Source: Polyangiales bacterium | Lineage (GTDB): Bacteria; Myxococcota_A; Polyangia; Polyangiales; Houyiibacteriaceae | Length of the DNA stretch: 29,516 bases | Direction of reading: 5' to 3' | NCBI GenBank assembly: GCA_045106895.1 | Contig: JBGCFM010000169.1 | Location: 1-29,516, forward strand | Shown here: piece by piece, positions 14,997 to 23,898 of the stretch | Position numbering within the stretch: the stretch's first letter is position 1 | Layout: every line of letters begins with the position of its first letter | Made by a program: the position numbers and the translations under genes | The notes under the pieces: model-generated | The model's input: the letters and a program-made list of their open reading frames with translations, nothing else | The model's database searches: none | Told to the model about the DNA's origin: nothing

Positions 14997-17000
14997 TCAC
15001 GGGTTCAACAGCGCCTGATAGGCGGCGTCATCGATGACCTCGGCGCCCTTCTTTTCGGCGGCTTCAATCTTGGTCTTTCCGACCTTGTCGCCCGCGAGCA
15101 GGTAGGTCGTGCCCTTCTTGACGCTGGTGTGTACTTCGCCGCCGGCGGCTTTAATCTCTGCGTGAATGACGTCGCGTTTTCGGTCGAACTTGCCCGTCAC
15201 ACAGAAGCTCTTGCCGGCGAGAGCGCCGTCGCTGTTGTCCACTTTGACGACGACCTTGGCGACGACGCCGTGCTCGACCAGGCGCTCAAGAACGCCGCGG
15301 TGATGCGCGTCGCCGAGGAACGTCGTCATGCTCTCGGCCATCTTGTCCCCGATGCCGTGAATCGCCGCGAGCTCCTTGCCCATGACTTCCAAGTCCGCTT
15401 CGAGGAGCGTTTCGATCGAGGGGTAGCGCTCGGCGATTAGCTTGGCTGCGACGCTGCCTACGAGCGGAATGCCGAGGCCCGTCAGAAGACGGTCGAAGGT
15501 TCGCGAAGTCTTCGCGCCCTCCACGGCGGAGACCAGCTTGTCGATGCTCTTCTCGCCCATTCGCTCTAGGCGACTGAGCGGCGCGCGCTTCTTCGGCAAC
15601 GCGAAGACGTCCGAAAGGTCCTCGACGATGCCTTCGTCCACCAGCTGCGCGACGAGGGAGCGTCCAAGGCCTTCAATGTCCATTCCGCCGCGCCGATTAA
15701 AATACCAAACCGCGGCTTTGAGCCGGCCTTTGCAGGCGGAGTTGTGACATCGGAGAACAGAGATGCCTTCCTCGCGGGCCACCGGCGTCTCGCACGCGGG
15801 GCAATGCGTCGGCGGCGCCCAAGGCTCGGCGGTGTCGGGCCGCTGCTCAAGGACGACGCTGAGCACCTGCGGAATAATCTCGCCTGCTTTCTGAATCACC
15901 ACGGTGTCGCCGATGCGAATGTCCTTCTCCGTGATCATGTCCATGTTGTGAAGCGTGGAGCGCGAGACCGTGGTGCCGCTCAGCGAGACCGGGTCGAGGT
16001 GCGCCAAGGGCGTCAACGCGCCGGTGCGACCCACGTCGCAGGTGATGCCCCGCACGCGCGTCTCCGCGCGCTCCGCTGCGTATTTGTATGCCGTCGCCCA
16101 GCGAGGAAAACGCGAGGTGAAGCCGAGGTCCTTTCGAAGCGGCACCTCGTTGACCTTGATGACGACTCCGTCTGTATCGTAGGGCAGCTCGAGTCGTCGC
16201 GTGTTGAAGTCCTCGATGTACTTGAGCACCTCCGCCAGCGTCCCGCAGTGTCGCTCTTCGCGATGCGTGGGCAACCCCCAGTCGGCGAGGGTATTGAGCA
16301 TTGTGGTGTGTTCTTCGAAGTACTCCTGCACCATGTCGTAGAACGACACACGCAGTGGACGCTCCGCCGTCTGGCGCGAATCCAAGAGCCGAAGCGACCC
16401 GGAGGCTGCGTTGCGGGGGTTGGCGAAGGCCGATTCCCCGTCGGCGACGCGCTGTTCGTTCACCGCGTCGAGGTCCGCGCCGTGAATGTAGATCTCGCCG
16501 CGCACGGTGATAGGCCGCAGCTCATCGATGCGGAGCGGCACAGAGCGAATGGTGCGCACGTTTGCCGTTACGTCTTCTCCAGTTTCGCCATCGCCGCGCG
16601 TCGTCGCCTGAACGAACTGGCCGTTCTCGTAGGTGACCTCGATGCTCGCGCCGTCGATCTTGGGTTCCGTGACGAAGCTCGCCGCTGTGCCAGCGGGCAG
16701 GCCTTCGCGAACGCGACGCTCAAACTCCCCAAGGTCTTCAGCGTTGTAGGCGTTGTCGAGGGAGTACATGCGCACAGCGCGCGTGACCTTCGTGAACCCC
16801 TCCCGCGGCGTCGCGCCGACGCGCTGAGAGGGCGAACTCGCCGTTACCAGCTCCGGATGCTTGGCTTCGAGGGCCTTCAGCTCGTTGAAGAGCGTATCGT
16901 ACTCGGCATCGCTAACATCCGAGCGGTCGAGGACGTAGTAGGCGTAGTTGTGGGCCGAGATGGCTTTGCAGAGTGTGGCGTGGCGTTCGTTCGGGTTCAT
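14997..17000 (-). CDS. ligA: NAD-dependent DNA ligase
   Basis: Start ATG 17000. YY..D...SDAEYD, MYSLDN, KIDG adenylation motif, TRGDG..GEDVT, NPRNAASGSLR, DGVVIKVN, Zn finger CPAC, HhH repeats, BRCT. Confidence 0.98.
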   Translation of the reverse strand: MNPNERHATLCKAISAHNYAYYVLDRSDVSDAEYDTLFNELKALEAKHPELVTASSPSQRVGATPREGFTKVTRAVRMYSLDNAYNAEDLGEFERRVREGLPAGTAASFVTEPKIDGASIEVTYENGQFVQATTRGDGETGEDVTANVRTIRSVPLRIDELRPITVRGEIYIHGADLDAVNEQRVADGESAFANPRNAASGSLRLLDSRQTAERPLRVSFYDMVQEYFEEHTTMLNTLADWGLPTHREERHCGTLAEVLKYIEDFNTRRLELPYDTDGVVIKVNEVPLRKDLGFTSRFPRWATAYKYAAERAETRVRGITCDVGRTGALTPLAHLDPVSLSGTTVSRSTLHNMDMITEKDIRIGDTVVIQKAGEIIPQVLSVVLEQRPDTAEPWAPPTHCPACETPVAREEGISVLRCHNSACKGRLKAAVWYFNRRGGMDIEGLGRSLVAQLVDEGIVEDLSDVFALPKKRAPLSRLERMGEKSIDKLVSAVEGAKTSRTFDRLLTGLGIPLVGSVAAKLIAERYPSIETLLEADLEVMGKELAAIHGIGDKMAESMTTFLGDAHHRGVLERLVEHGVVAKVVVKVDNSDGALAGKSFCVTGKFDRKRDVIHAEIKAAGGEVHTSVKKGTTYLLAGDKVGKTKIEAAEKKGAEVIDDAAYQALLNP

Positions 17001-17117
17001 GGCGATCTCTATGGCTGCGGCCTCAAATAGCGAGCTGCCCCGGCACCTGGCCGAGTGGGCGTCAGATGATAGGCTCCCGCCCCCCCTTCCACCAGGGGTG
17101 GATCTACCTGAGAGCAC

Positions 17118-19550
17118 GTGCGGACTTCTTCCATTTTGGGCCTTTTGGCCGTCTTTTATCTCATCGCCGATGCAGCCGCTGCTGGGAGCGGGCTCACGGC
17201 GGCGTCCTGGCTCGTGGCGCTCGGCGCCGCGATCTTGCCCTGCGTTCCCCTCGCGATTCAGGGCCTCCTCAAAGACGAAGCCAAAGGCGCACGTCGCGTC
17301 GGGACACTTTGTATCTGCCTCGGTCTGCTCCTCGCCGGAAGCCTCGGGCCCGCGGCGGTGTCCATCACTCGTGACATCGCCTTCGCCATCGTCTGCCCTT
17401 TCGCCGCGGCGCTCCTCACGGACCTCGCGATGTTCACGCCGGACCGCGCTCCTGAGAGTCGCCTTCGGCCATTTATCATCCTCCTCGCCTTCGCCGCCGG
17501 CGCGTGTGGCATGGCCGCGTCGCTCCCGGCCTTCGAGCTTGGCGAGACGCTACTCATCGCGCCGCCGCGTTTCGCCGTGGCGCCTCCGGCGTTTGGTTTA
17601 CTCGCCTTGCTCATCGCCACGTTCATTCGGGTGCGACGTCGCACTTGGGGCACGCCGGAAGCTCTCGCTTCCAACGCCTGGGCCCTCCTCGGCCTCATCC
17701 CCGCCACGATCCTTCTCGGCGCTTTTGCGTACTTCGCATTCGCCAGCGGCGTTCAACTGCGCAGTGACTCCTTCCGCCTCGCGGGTGCCGCATCCGCGGC
17801 CATGCTCGCCTATGCCCACGTCGCTCTCATCGACGCACGACGGCGCCTTCACGCAGGACGCGCCGCGCGTGAGGCCATCGCGTTTTTCTTACCGGCGACG
17901 GTGTGCGTGGCCCTCATCGTCTGGCTTGGCCCGCGCATCCCGCGTGAGTCCACGGTCTTCGCTGCGGCGCTGGCGCTTCTGCTCCTGGCCGGGCTGTGGC
18001 GCGGGCTTCGCCGGCAGGTGATCCGCGTGCTCTCCCCTTTCGGAGGCCGCCTCTTGGGCGGTATTGAGACGGCGCAGCGAGACATCGGCATGGTCGCAGA
18101 CCTCGACGAGCTCGCCCGCGCCGCCCTCATGCCGCTGCGCAAAGCTGCCGGCGAAATCACGCCTACTCTCTACACCTTCGCGCCGGCCCGCAGCGTCCGT
18201 GTCGACGCTGCTGGAACACCGCGCATCGACTCTTCGCCCGTCGCCGACGCCCTCGAGATTCACCTCGCCGACGTGCCCCAAGAGATCATGGTCACGGGGC
18301 AGCTCAAAGGCCGCGTGGTGCGCGAAGCCCACCTCCGAACGGTGGTCGAGGTGCTCGAAGCAGAAGACCTGATCTGCGCGGTTCCCCTCGGCGTGCGCGA
18401 TGAAGTCGAAGGCATCTTGCTGTTGCCCCGCGGCGAGCGACGCGTGCCCTTGGCACTCGAAGAGATCGAGGCGCTCCGCGTCTTGGGCCGCCAGCTCGGT
18501 GCGCGCCTCTCGCTTCTTGGCGGACGCGACCGCGCATTGGCGCGCGTGAGCGAAGTCGTCGCCCACGCCGATGCCGTCGAAGAAGAGAAGCAGGTCCTCG
18601 CCGAGGACGTCGCGCAGCTCCGCGGAGACATCGACGCTCTCCGCAGCGGCCGAAGCCGCGCGCGCATCAAGGCCTCGCCTGTCGCCTACAGCGCCGTCAT
18701 GCGCGAGTTCAACGAGAAGCTTCAAGAGCTCGCGCCCATCGGCGGGGCCATCACGCTCGTCGCCGAAGCCGGCGTCCCTATCGACCAGGTCGCGCATCTT
18801 CTGCATGACGCCTCTGGTCGCAGCGAAGGACCTTTTCTCGTCGCCGACGCGTCGTCCATCACGGACGAAAAGACAGGCCTCCTCTTTGGTGACGCGACGC
18901 AACCGGGGCATCTTCGCCTCGCGCGTGGCGGCACCTTGCTCCTCGCGGACCTCCCCGCATTGCCCCTCGAGGTACAGCGACAACTCGCCGAATGCCTCGC
19001 CGTTCGCCAAGCCCGCCCCGTCGGCGGCGCTGGATACTACCCCGTCGATGTGCGCATCATCGCTTCGAGCCGTATCCCTTTGGATCAGCTCGGCGGCGCC
19101 ATCGACGAGGAGCTCATGCGGTGGCTCGGAAGCATGTGCATCACCATCCCGACGCTCCGACAGCGGCGCGAGGACCTACCCTCTCTAGTGCTTCTCGCTC
19201 TCGATCGCGCCTGCCGCGTTCTCGGCAAACAAGCCGTGGGCATCACGCAGCAGGCCCTCGACGCCCTCGTTGGTTACAGCTGGCCAGGCAACCTGCGCGA
19301 GCTTCAGCACGTCATCGATCGCGCCGTCGCACGCTGCGAAGGCCGGCAGGTCCAGCGGGAGGACCTCCCAGAGTTGCGCATCAGCCTTGAGAGCGCCGAC
19401 CCCTTCGAAGGCACCTACAGCGAGGTCGAAGCTAGGCTCCTCAAACGAGCGATGCGCGTCTCCGGCGGCAATAAGAGCGAAGCGGCGCGTCTCCTCGGGC
19501 TCAAACGCACGACGTTCCTGGACAAGCTCCGCCGCCACGAAAGCGACTGA
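17118..19550 (+). CDS. Multi-pass membrane protein with GAF-like region, degenerate sigma54-activator AAA+ domain and Fis-type HTH
   Basis: About 10 hydrophobic segments; GAF-like AVPL...EGILLL...EEIEAL; PVDVRII, LRQRREDLP, YSWPGNLREL; C-terminal GNKSEAARLLGLKRTTF. Confidence 0.88.
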   Translation: MRTSSILGLLAVFYLIADAAAAGSGLTAASWLVALGAAILPCVPLAIQGLLKDEAKGARRVGTLCICLGLLLAGSLGPAAVSITRDIAFAIVCPFAAALLTDLAMFTPDRAPESRLRPFIILLAFAAGACGMAASLPAFELGETLLIAPPRFAVAPPAFGLLALLIATFIRVRRRTWGTPEALASNAWALLGLIPATILLGAFAYFAFASGVQLRSDSFRLAGAASAAMLAYAHVALIDARRRLHAGRAAREAIAFFLPATVCVALIVWLGPRIPRESTVFAAALALLLLAGLWRGLRRQVIRVLSPFGGRLLGGIETAQRDIGMVADLDELARAALMPLRKAAGEITPTLYTFAPARSVRVDAAGTPRIDSSPVADALEIHLADVPQEIMVTGQLKGRVVREAHLRTVVEVLEAEDLICAVPLGVRDEVEGILLLPRGERRVPLALEEIEALRVLGRQLGARLSLLGGRDRALARVSEVVAHADAVEEEKQVLAEDVAQLRGDIDALRSGRSRARIKASPVAYSAVMREFNEKLQELAPIGGAITLVAEAGVPIDQVAHLLHDASGRSEGPFLVADASSITDEKTGLLFGDATQPGHLRLARGGTLLLADLPALPLEVQRQLAECLAVRQARPVGGAGYYPVDVRIIASSRIPLDQLGGAIDEELMRWLGSMCITIPTLRQRREDLPSLVLLALDRACRVLGKQAVGITQQALDALVGYSWPGNLRELQHVIDRAVARCEGRQVQREDLPELRISLESADPFEGTYSEVEARLLKRAMRVSGGNKSEAARLLGLKRTTFLDKLRRHESD

Positions 19551-19554
19551 GCGC

Positions 19555-20463
19555 TCACTCCACCAGGGGCTTCGCCGAGAGATAGAACGCCCGCAGCTCG
19601 GCGTGGCGATGCGGTACGTCTTCCGTGAGAGCGGCCAAGCGCTTCAACACATCTTGCGTGTCACCGTAAGGATCCGGCGCTTGCTCGACACCGACATGGA
19701 GTCGCCGGAAGAGTCCTTTTAGGCTGGAGGCAATGTTCGACACGCCATCGGACTTTAGCGCGCCATTCCACGCCGGTGGCAACGCCTGCTGCCAAAAACG
19801 GACCGCGCCTCGCGCTTCGCCGACGAGCTCGATGTAGGCGCGATTGTGGTATTCGAAGCCGCCAAAAGGCAGCGGGTTGATGACGTCAGGCGCGGGTTTT
19901 CCGCGCTCCGTGGCCCGCTCTTCGGCGAGCTCAAGGCTGTGGGCAATCCAGCCGCTCAGGTCACGGTAGAAACCGCTCCCATCATAGAAGATCTCCCGAA
20001 ACGAGAGCGGCACGAGCGGCTCCACATCCGGGAAACGCCCCAAGAGATCGTAGAAAACCTGGCCGCCAAAACACACGGACCACAGCTCGCGCAGCTCGTC
20101 CGGGACGGGCCCGGCACATTGCCCCTCGATGTCCGCGAGGGCGTCTTTGCTGATTGGCGGCTGCGCCTTGAAGATCAGCCTCTCCTCAAAGACGGCCACC
20201 CCCTTCGTTCGAAGCCACGACTCCGTAGAGCGCGAGAGAGTGGGCGCTTGAGCCTGGGCCTGAATGACCTCATCACGAAGCGCCCGCCGCTCTAAGAGCC
20301 GGGCGTCGAGTGCGCGCCGGTCGTCGCTGGAGAACGCCAGCATGGTCGTGCCACCGTCCTTGGGGATGACGGCGAAAGTCTGCGCGCCGACGCTCTTCCA
20401 CTGAAGCTCGCCTTTCTCCGCGATATCGACAACAAGGCTGAGGCGCTTCTCAAGGGAGTCCAT
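19555..20463 (-). CDS. Hypothetical protein with a SMI1/KNR4 (SUKH)-like domain
   Basis: ATG 20463 overlaps the upstream stop by 14 nt. PPISKDALADIEGQCAGPVPDELRELW..FGG and LPFGG fit the SUKH pattern. Confidence 0.6.
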   Translation of the reverse strand: MDSLEKRLSLVVDIAEKGELQWKSVGAQTFAVIPKDGGTTMLAFSSDDRRALDARLLERRALRDEVIQAQAQAPTLSRSTESWLRTKGVAVFEERLIFKAQPPISKDALADIEGQCAGPVPDELRELWSVCFGGQVFYDLLGRFPDVEPLVPLSFREIFYDGSGFYRDLSGWIAHSLELAEERATERGKPAPDVINPLPFGGFEYHNRAYIELVGEARGAVRFWQQALPPAWNGALKSDGVSNIASSLKGLFRRLHVGVEQAPDPYGDTQDVLKRLAALTEDVPHRHAELRAFYLSAKPLVE

Positions 20464-21484
20464 CGGCTGTGACCATGACACCGCTTGGACACGGCCGGCA
20501 ATCAACGAGTGAAGCTTCGGACACCTCGATGAGAACACTTCCTTTTTTCCGGCCGGTGTCGCAGTAAGCGTGCGCCTCGGCGATGTCCTCAAGGGAGTAG
20601 GTGCGGTCGATGACCGGCCTATAGTGCCCAGCATCCACCAGCTCGGACAGCACGCTGAGCATCGCCGCGTCCGCCGTCACCATGCCGCAGATGACCTTCT
20701 TGCCTTGCCTCTTGGGTAGGAGCGCCCCGAGCATCTGGGGCAGCGTCGCCACGACGCACAACAAACGTCCACCAGGATTGAGCACATGTCGCGTCCGCGA
20801 CCAAGGCGCGTTGCCAACGTTATCCATGATCACGTCATAGCCACCCGGGAGGGCCGTGAAATCCTGGCGGCCGTAGTCGACGACTTCGTCGGCGCCGAGG
20901 GAGGACACAAGCGCCGCATTGGCGCCGCTGCAGACCGCCACGACGTGCGCGCCGAAGTGTTTTGCGAGCTGCACGGCAGCGCAACCAACGGCGCCGGACG
21001 CCCCGTTGATGAGGACCTTCTCGCCCCGCACGACCGCCGCTTTGCGCAGAAAGCCCAGCGCCGTTGTTCCTCCAAAAGGAATCGCGGCGGCCTCGCCCAG
21101 GCCAATCGTCTCGGGCTTGTGCGCGAGAGCTTTGTCCCCGCTCATCACCTTGTATTCTGCGTGGGCGCCGAGCTGCATGCCGGTGTCCGCATAGACCTCG
21201 TCGCCAAGTCTGAAACGCGTGACGCCTCGGCCGAGGGCTTCCACCACGCCTGCTAGCTCCGTCCCGAGAACGGGCTGCCGCGGTGTGAACACGCCAAGGG
21301 CAAGACGCATGAGCGCTCGAAACCCTGTCGGAACACGAAGGCTTCGCATCCGCGCGTCGGCAGAGTTCACGCAGGTAAAGCGAACTCGGATCAAGAGCTC
21401 GCCCACGCCAACGTCCGGCTTTGCGACCTCCGTGATGTCAATGACCTCGGGAGCGCCGTAGCGCTCGTAGGTCGCGGCTTTCAT
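20450..21484 (-). CDS. NAD(P)-dependent MDR-family oxidoreductase (zinc-type ADH-like / quinone reductase-like)
   Basis: MKAATYERYGAPEV, LGTELAGVV, GAHAEY, INGASGAVG, LGADEVVDY, PVIDRTY, KKGSVLI. Confidence 0.92.
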   Translation of the reverse strand: MKAATYERYGAPEVIDITEVAKPDVGVGELLIRVRFTCVNSADARMRSLRVPTGFRALMRLALGVFTPRQPVLGTELAGVVEALGRGVTRFRLGDEVYADTGMQLGAHAEYKVMSGDKALAHKPETIGLGEAAAIPFGGTTALGFLRKAAVVRGEKVLINGASGAVGCAAVQLAKHFGAHVVAVCSGANAALVSSLGADEVVDYGRQDFTALPGGYDVIMDNVGNAPWSRTRHVLNPGGRLLCVVATLPQMLGALLPKRQGKKVICGMVTADAAMLSVLSELVDAGHYRPVIDRTYSLEDIAEAHAYCDTGRKKGSVLIEVSEASLVDCRPCPSGVMVTADGLP

Positions 21485-21637
21485 TCGTTCGCTTGGGCCC
21501 ATGCGGGGTCGTACGAACCAAGCGGCGCGCTTATTTCACCTCCCACCGCGGCGAAGGCGAGAGACCCGCCGAGCAACTTGAAGCGCCGCGGAGGGCTGTG
21601 TACCGTGCGCCGTGGTCAGGCCGGGCGGAGGAGAACA

Positions 21638-23833
21638 TTGACCCGGGTCTCACGTGCGGACCGGAACGCGGCGCTCATCGCCGGGGTCACGGCTGGTTTC
21701 ATGATCGCGCAGCAGATCGCGGGGAAGGCCACGCGGGACGCGTTGTTCCTCTCGCACTTCGCCGCGACGGAGCTTCCCAAGGTGATCATCGCCGCCGCGG
21801 GCGTGTCGGTGGTGGCGGTGGCGGTGATGTCGCGCCTGATGGTCAAGTTCGGTCCAGCGCGATTGATTCCCGCAGCCTTCGTATTGAGCGCCGGCGTCTT
21901 TGTCGCGGAGTGGGCTCTGCTCCCTGTCGCGCCGGGTCCATCCGCGTGGCTCGTGTATCTGCACCTGGCCACCTTCGGCGCCATCGTCATCAGCGGGTTC
22001 TGGTCCCTCGTCAGCGAGCGCTTCGATCCAAACACGGCGAAGAAACAAATGGCCCGCATAGGCGCCGGTGCCACCTTGGGCGGCGTGGTCGGTGGCTTAG
22101 GGGCGGAGCGGCTGGCGGTCATGCTCGATGCGCGAACGACGCTCCTCGTGCTCGCAGCGCTCAACATCGTATGCGCCTTCGGCGTTTCACGGGTCGGCCG
22201 CGGCCAGAGCGCCACAAAGAAGACCGAAACGAGTGAGTCCGGACTCGCGATTCTGCGACGAGTACCTTACCTGCAACACCTCGCCGTCCTCGTGGGCCTC
22301 GTCGCCGTCACGTCTGTTTTACTCGACTTCGCCCTCAAAGAAGCGGCCGCCGCGGAGTACGAGCGGACCGAAGACCTGATGCGTTTCTTCGGTGTCTTCT
22401 ACACGGCAACGGGCGTCCTCACCTTCGTCGTCCAAAGCACATTCGCGAGGCGCGCTCTGGCGCGACTGGGTCTTGGCGGAACCATCGCGCTCCTGCCGCT
22501 CAGCGTGATCGTCTTCGGCACGCTGGGCGCAGCGCTTACCCAGCTTTGGACGCTGGCGGTGGCCAAAGGCGCCGAGTTCGTCGCCGCAAACTCATTCTTT
22601 CGTTCCGGCTACGAGCTGCTCTACACGCCGCTTTCGGCCCAAGAGAAACGCCCCACAAAGACCATCATCGACGTGGCCTTCGAACGCATCGGCGACGCCG
22701 TAGGCGGCGGCATCGTGTTCCTCGTGCTTCTCGTCGCTCCTGTCTTTGCCGGTCAGATCATCGTCGGCCTCGCCTTGGTCACCGCCATCGGGGCCCTCCT
22801 CGTCGCTCGCAAGCTGCACCAAGGCTACATCGGCGCGTTGGCAGCGAGTCTCAAGTCGGGAACGCTCCGCCTCACAGAAGACGAAGTGCAAGACGCAACG
22901 ACGAGGCGAACCTTAGTGCAGACCACCATGGCGCTCGACCGCGGGAAGCTACTCGAAGAGATCGCGCTTCTTCGGGGGACGCCCCCCGATGAGCTTCCGC
23001 TTGTGGATACGAAATCGAGTAGTGCCACGGACGCTCATGCACTGGACGCTCAAGAAATTCGGGAGCTCCTCGAACAACGCCCCCTGCCTCTGGCGAACGT
23101 TGGAGTCCTCATACCCTGGCTCGCTGACCCGGGGCTGAACAAACTCATCATCGAGAGCCTCTCGGCGGTGTCGACCCAGGCACAAGACCAGCTCGTCGAG
23201 GCTCTCCTCGAAGCGGGTCAGCCCTTCGCCGTCCGTCGCCGGCTGCCGCGAATCCTAGCGAGCGCCGTGGGGGAGCGCGCTCGCCAAGGGCTAACCCTCG
23301 GCCTCCGAGACGAACGCTTCGAGGTCCGCTATCAGTGCTGCCAGAGCCTCGCGTTGATGCAACGACGCACCCCTGAAGCCACGGTGTTCGAGGAAGAACT
23401 CGTCTTCGGAATGGTGCTACGCGAGCTCGATGTCGGAAAGCACGTTTGGGAAAACCAGCGCCTCCTCGACGACGACTCGAACGAAAACTCGCCGTGGCTG
23501 GATTCCACGATTCGCGCGCGCGTTCACCGTAGCGTCGAGCATATTTTCACGTTGCTGAGCTTGTGCTTGGACGCCGAAGCGCTTGAGTTGGCGCTGACCG
23601 CACTCGGCACGGACGACCGCGTGCTACGCGGCACAGCGCTCGAGTACCTGGACAACGTACTCCCCGGCGATGTTCGGACGAAACTCTGGCCGCTCCTCGC
23701 GCCCAACCATCGCAAACGCTCAAGCAGCCGTCCGCGTAAACAGATCGTCGAAGAGCTTCTCCAGTCGCTGGATTCCTTCAACCTGGATCGTGAAGCACTA
23801 CGAAAGCAGCGCGCGCCCAAGTCGGACGAATAG
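21638..23833 (+). CDS. NTT/TLC (Npt1/Npt2-like) MFS transporter fused to a HEAT-repeat-like C-terminal domain
   Basis: TTG 21638 with GGAGGAG SD. RDALFLS, FWSLVSERFD..AK, ELLYTPL...K...K..ID...R.GD motifs; about 11-12 TMs; helical C-terminus (VRRRLPRIL, DERFEVRY, LRGTALEYLDNVL). Confidence 0.8.
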   Translation: MTRVSRADRNAALIAGVTAGFMIAQQIAGKATRDALFLSHFAATELPKVIIAAAGVSVVAVAVMSRLMVKFGPARLIPAAFVLSAGVFVAEWALLPVAPGPSAWLVYLHLATFGAIVISGFWSLVSERFDPNTAKKQMARIGAGATLGGVVGGLGAERLAVMLDARTTLLVLAALNIVCAFGVSRVGRGQSATKKTETSESGLAILRRVPYLQHLAVLVGLVAVTSVLLDFALKEAAAAEYERTEDLMRFFGVFYTATGVLTFVVQSTFARRALARLGLGGTIALLPLSVIVFGTLGAALTQLWTLAVAKGAEFVAANSFFRSGYELLYTPLSAQEKRPTKTIIDVAFERIGDAVGGGIVFLVLLVAPVFAGQIIVGLALVTAIGALLVARKLHQGYIGALAASLKSGTLRLTEDEVQDATTRRTLVQTTMALDRGKLLEEIALLRGTPPDELPLVDTKSSSATDAHALDAQEIRELLEQRPLPLANVGVLIPWLADPGLNKLIIESLSAVSTQAQDQLVEALLEAGQPFAVRRRLPRILASAVGERARQGLTLGLRDERFEVRYQCCQSLALMQRRTPEATVFEEELVFGMVLRELDVGKHVWENQRLLDDDSNENSPWLDSTIRARVHRSVEHIFTLLSLCLDAEALELALTALGTDDRVLRGTALEYLDNVLPGDVRTKLWPLLAPNHRKRSSSRPRKQIVEELLQSLDSFNLDREALRKQRAPKSDE

Positions 23834-23898
23834 CTCTATCAAACCGCGATCCAACGAGAGCAGCGCACCCATACAAAAAACGGGCTGTCGAATCTCAT

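Noticed and set aside
17001..17117. Sigma54 promoter near the bEBP-like gene
   Set aside because: No convincing TGGCAC-N5-TTGC-like -24/-12 element seen.
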